DNA of 63,939 nt, counting the filler, from Catajapyx aquilonaris (taxonomy: Eukaryota): NCBI GenBank assembly GCA_000934665.2. It is 4 parts of 4 records of this genome, joined end to end, with 100 filler letters (N's around TTAATTAATTAA, not from the genome) between each part and the next. Parts side by side here need not be neighbours in the genome. Positions count along the whole stretch, not along the records: positions 48,500 to 63,939 come from JYFJ02007402.1; 3 more parts are not named here. One strand, written 5' to 3'. Positions 61,567 to 63,939 of this stretch are shown in pieces. Numbering within the stretch: position 1 is the stretch's first letter; each line of letters starts with the position of its first letter. Position numbers and translations under genes: made by a program. The notes under the pieces are model-generated. The model saw only the letters and a list, made by a program, of their open reading frames with translations, did not search any database and was not told the DNA's origin.

Positions 61567-63939
61567 AAAACGCTATAAGGCCAGACATCACTATTTCACT
61601 AATAATAACTACTATTTTTAGTAGCGGCGATTCCTGCGCAGGGTTGTCATTCAATGCAGATCCTGCAGATATCCTACATTTTTGGCATTCCAACCGCGGA
61701 TATGTAATTGCCAACTTGATAAAAAGCACAGCCGCAGTAGACTTTTAGTATTCTAGCCCTGTTTGTTAATATACGTCCAAAAGACCTCGGTTGGTTGCTG
61801 CTCCAGAAGGACCAAAGCCAGCTTGACTCTGGCCTCGTCTGGGTTTATGCGGCGCCAGTCAGGCGCCCTCTCGACCCAGACGTCCCCTCCGACGCCAGCG
61901 ACGCTTGCTGGGGATGCCGGCAGAATGACATTCTTCCTCTTACAGATATTATTATGGCTAGCAAGAAAAATAGGTATGGACTCCCATTGTTTACGGTTCT
62001 TGACGTTCCGGTACATTACCCGTAATTCCTAATTTAATCGCCAAACGTTGCGCATTGATCCAGGTCTGGATATTAATCACTCCTTATCGATTCTGTCAGG
62101 TTTACAACGGGTATGATGTCAATTATGCACACTTTTTATAGTATAAGGGCTGATTAATTCAATGTTTGCGCCTGCAGTGGTGGACCAGGACGAAAACAGT
62201 ATGACCTCTGACATGACATAGACCTTGAATAATATTGCATTTGCCAGGTTCTTGGCAGGTTGCCGGGTCCTGGAACATGGGTGGGTGGGGAGAAGGAGGG
62301 GGAGGGTTTTTTTTGTTTAAAAAAAAAAGGAAAAAGAAATTGAAAAGAGGATTCGGTTCCTCAGGCTGGATCGTAATAACGTTCAGGCTTCTGTGATGGG
62401 CGAATGACAGGAGCTTTTGTGCTTTTCCTATTTCACAGCTGGCCATCTACTTCAATGTGATTGGAGATCGATTTGCTTCAGCTTGTTAGCAAAGAGCTTG
62501 AATGTGGCGCGTCCATCACCTTCAGCTTTTGCACTCTTTCTGTGCAAGCTCAAGGTGTACCAGCAAGTAACTCGATCAAACTTGCGTTACGGATACGAAC
62601 CACAGACAATTCGTATTAAAATTACAGAAATTACATAAATATTGAAAATCATTTTAAATTTTGATGTAATATTTATTGAAATTAATTGCTATTTGCTTTC
62701 TCTCCAAATGCTTCATGAATATTGCGAATGACTGATTCATTGTCAGTTATGAATCGTTATCTGCTTGTTTTTAATGAATTACTCGTACATTTCCGATAAT
62801 ATTAAGCTGTGTGCTCCTACCCATAGACATGATAAAACATAGCCCATTTTTTAAAACTTTAGACAGACAGGAGGTAAATGACTATACACAAGTGCATACA
62901 TCCCACATCCTCCATTTCTGGCCCGAAATGCATAATTTCCTGCCATGGCGTTCCACGACGTCATTAACACGGTTCCTCCTGGGAGTTGAATCCCTACCTG
63001 TTTGTTATCTAGTTTTGACACTAAAATCCATTGTTCCCCCAGCAACATGGAACCATAAAAATGGCGTTGCTTCGACGGCGCCAGGGAAGGGTCCGGAAAT
63101 GAGATTGGATTACAACCGTTACAAATTACTCGGAAAAGAGAGCGGCTAGTTCTGCAGGAAAGGAGAGAAAAGTTATGGATTTTTTTTTTGCAGCGAGGTT
63201 GCCATGCTTTTACCTCATAAAACAAACACCCGACCCAAGCAAGTTGGTCATAAAAGACTGCAAAAACCTAGCGGCATACATGTCCCACTACAACCCAGTC
63301 TGCTAATGTCCCCTCTTGTCCACACGACACTTATTATTAGTAGAAGAGATGTCACGCACATAGCTCCAGTAATAATAATCATCCGCTGCTTTTATCTCCA
63401 TCTTGGCAGAAATATTCCCAAAGCAAACCTCTTTTGCATGCAAATTGATTCAATTGCGGGACGGTTGAGCTGGGAAATCGTGCATGCAGATGTCATTAGC
63501 GGGGAAATCAGAGGACACATTTCAAATTGCTGTTCGAACACACCCTCCCCTCAAGACGACGTGTGCTGGATGGAAAGTCCTCTTTACACAGTAGAGCCCA
63601 CCCTCTCACCGTTTATTATACCCATCCTCTTAGTTTGCCCATTGATTAAGCTGGTGCTGACACTTACTCAGTATGTGATCAATCATGAAGCACCAAAAAT
63701 CCATGGTCTATATTGCATCGTCTGTAGATGAAATTACCCGACATTTTGTTTGGGTCTCGAACTTTTCGCCCCCGGCATATTGGCCCCCGTGACAATTTCG
63801 CATATTGACATTGAATTTGTTGACCTGTACTTTGTTTATCCAGGTGGGTTTAGAGTGGGACGAAGTATCGCAGCAGACAAAATGGTGTGTGACCTGCTCT
63901 GGTGGTCTCCAGGGTGCAAGTGGGGGAAGGAGGAGGTTC

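Noticed and set aside
63204..63731. 175-aa plus-strand ORF as a gene
   Set aside because: No recognisable domain or coding-like composition; the antisense frame has stops.

Overview
Repeat-rich animal genomic DNA, most likely from an arthropod (insect/crustacean-type D2-like dopamine receptor, TTAGG motifs, GT-AG introns). The window is not one locus. Three identical 100-bp linkers (44 N + TTAATTAATTAA + 44 N) join four pieces of 16071, 16071, 16057 and >=15440 bp, which looks like size-sorted contigs concatenated into a pseudo-scaffold. Two protein-coding genes are well supported: a complete 3-exon F-box/LRR gene (5848-7095, +, 356 aa) and the 3' four exons (TM3 end to TM7) of a D2-like dopamine receptor (32987-36516, +). 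A disrupted paralog of the F-box gene lies head-to-head with it (~4755-5283, -) and is invisible in the ORF track. The rest is mostly mobile DNA: three tRNA-derived SINE families with clean target-site duplications (TSDs), many TA-flanked Tc1/mariner-type MITEs, decayed mariner transposases, and non-autonomous piggyBac-, Kolobok-, hAT-, PIF/Harbinger-, Sola-, Mutator/Merlin- and Helitron-like elements, plus micro- and minisatellites. The most notable patterns are: (1) a 3' stem-loop shared by different SINE families with apparently covarying sequence; (2) two MITEs with the same core but different terminal inverted repeats (TIRs); (3) three contig breaks 92-94 bp inside TTAA-GG elements; (4) a hairpin-packed receptor intron; (5) several loop-less perfect palindromes. 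I found no CRISPR array, rRNA or convincing functional tRNA, and I cannot support a wholly new biological system from this sequence alone. All alignments were made by eye.
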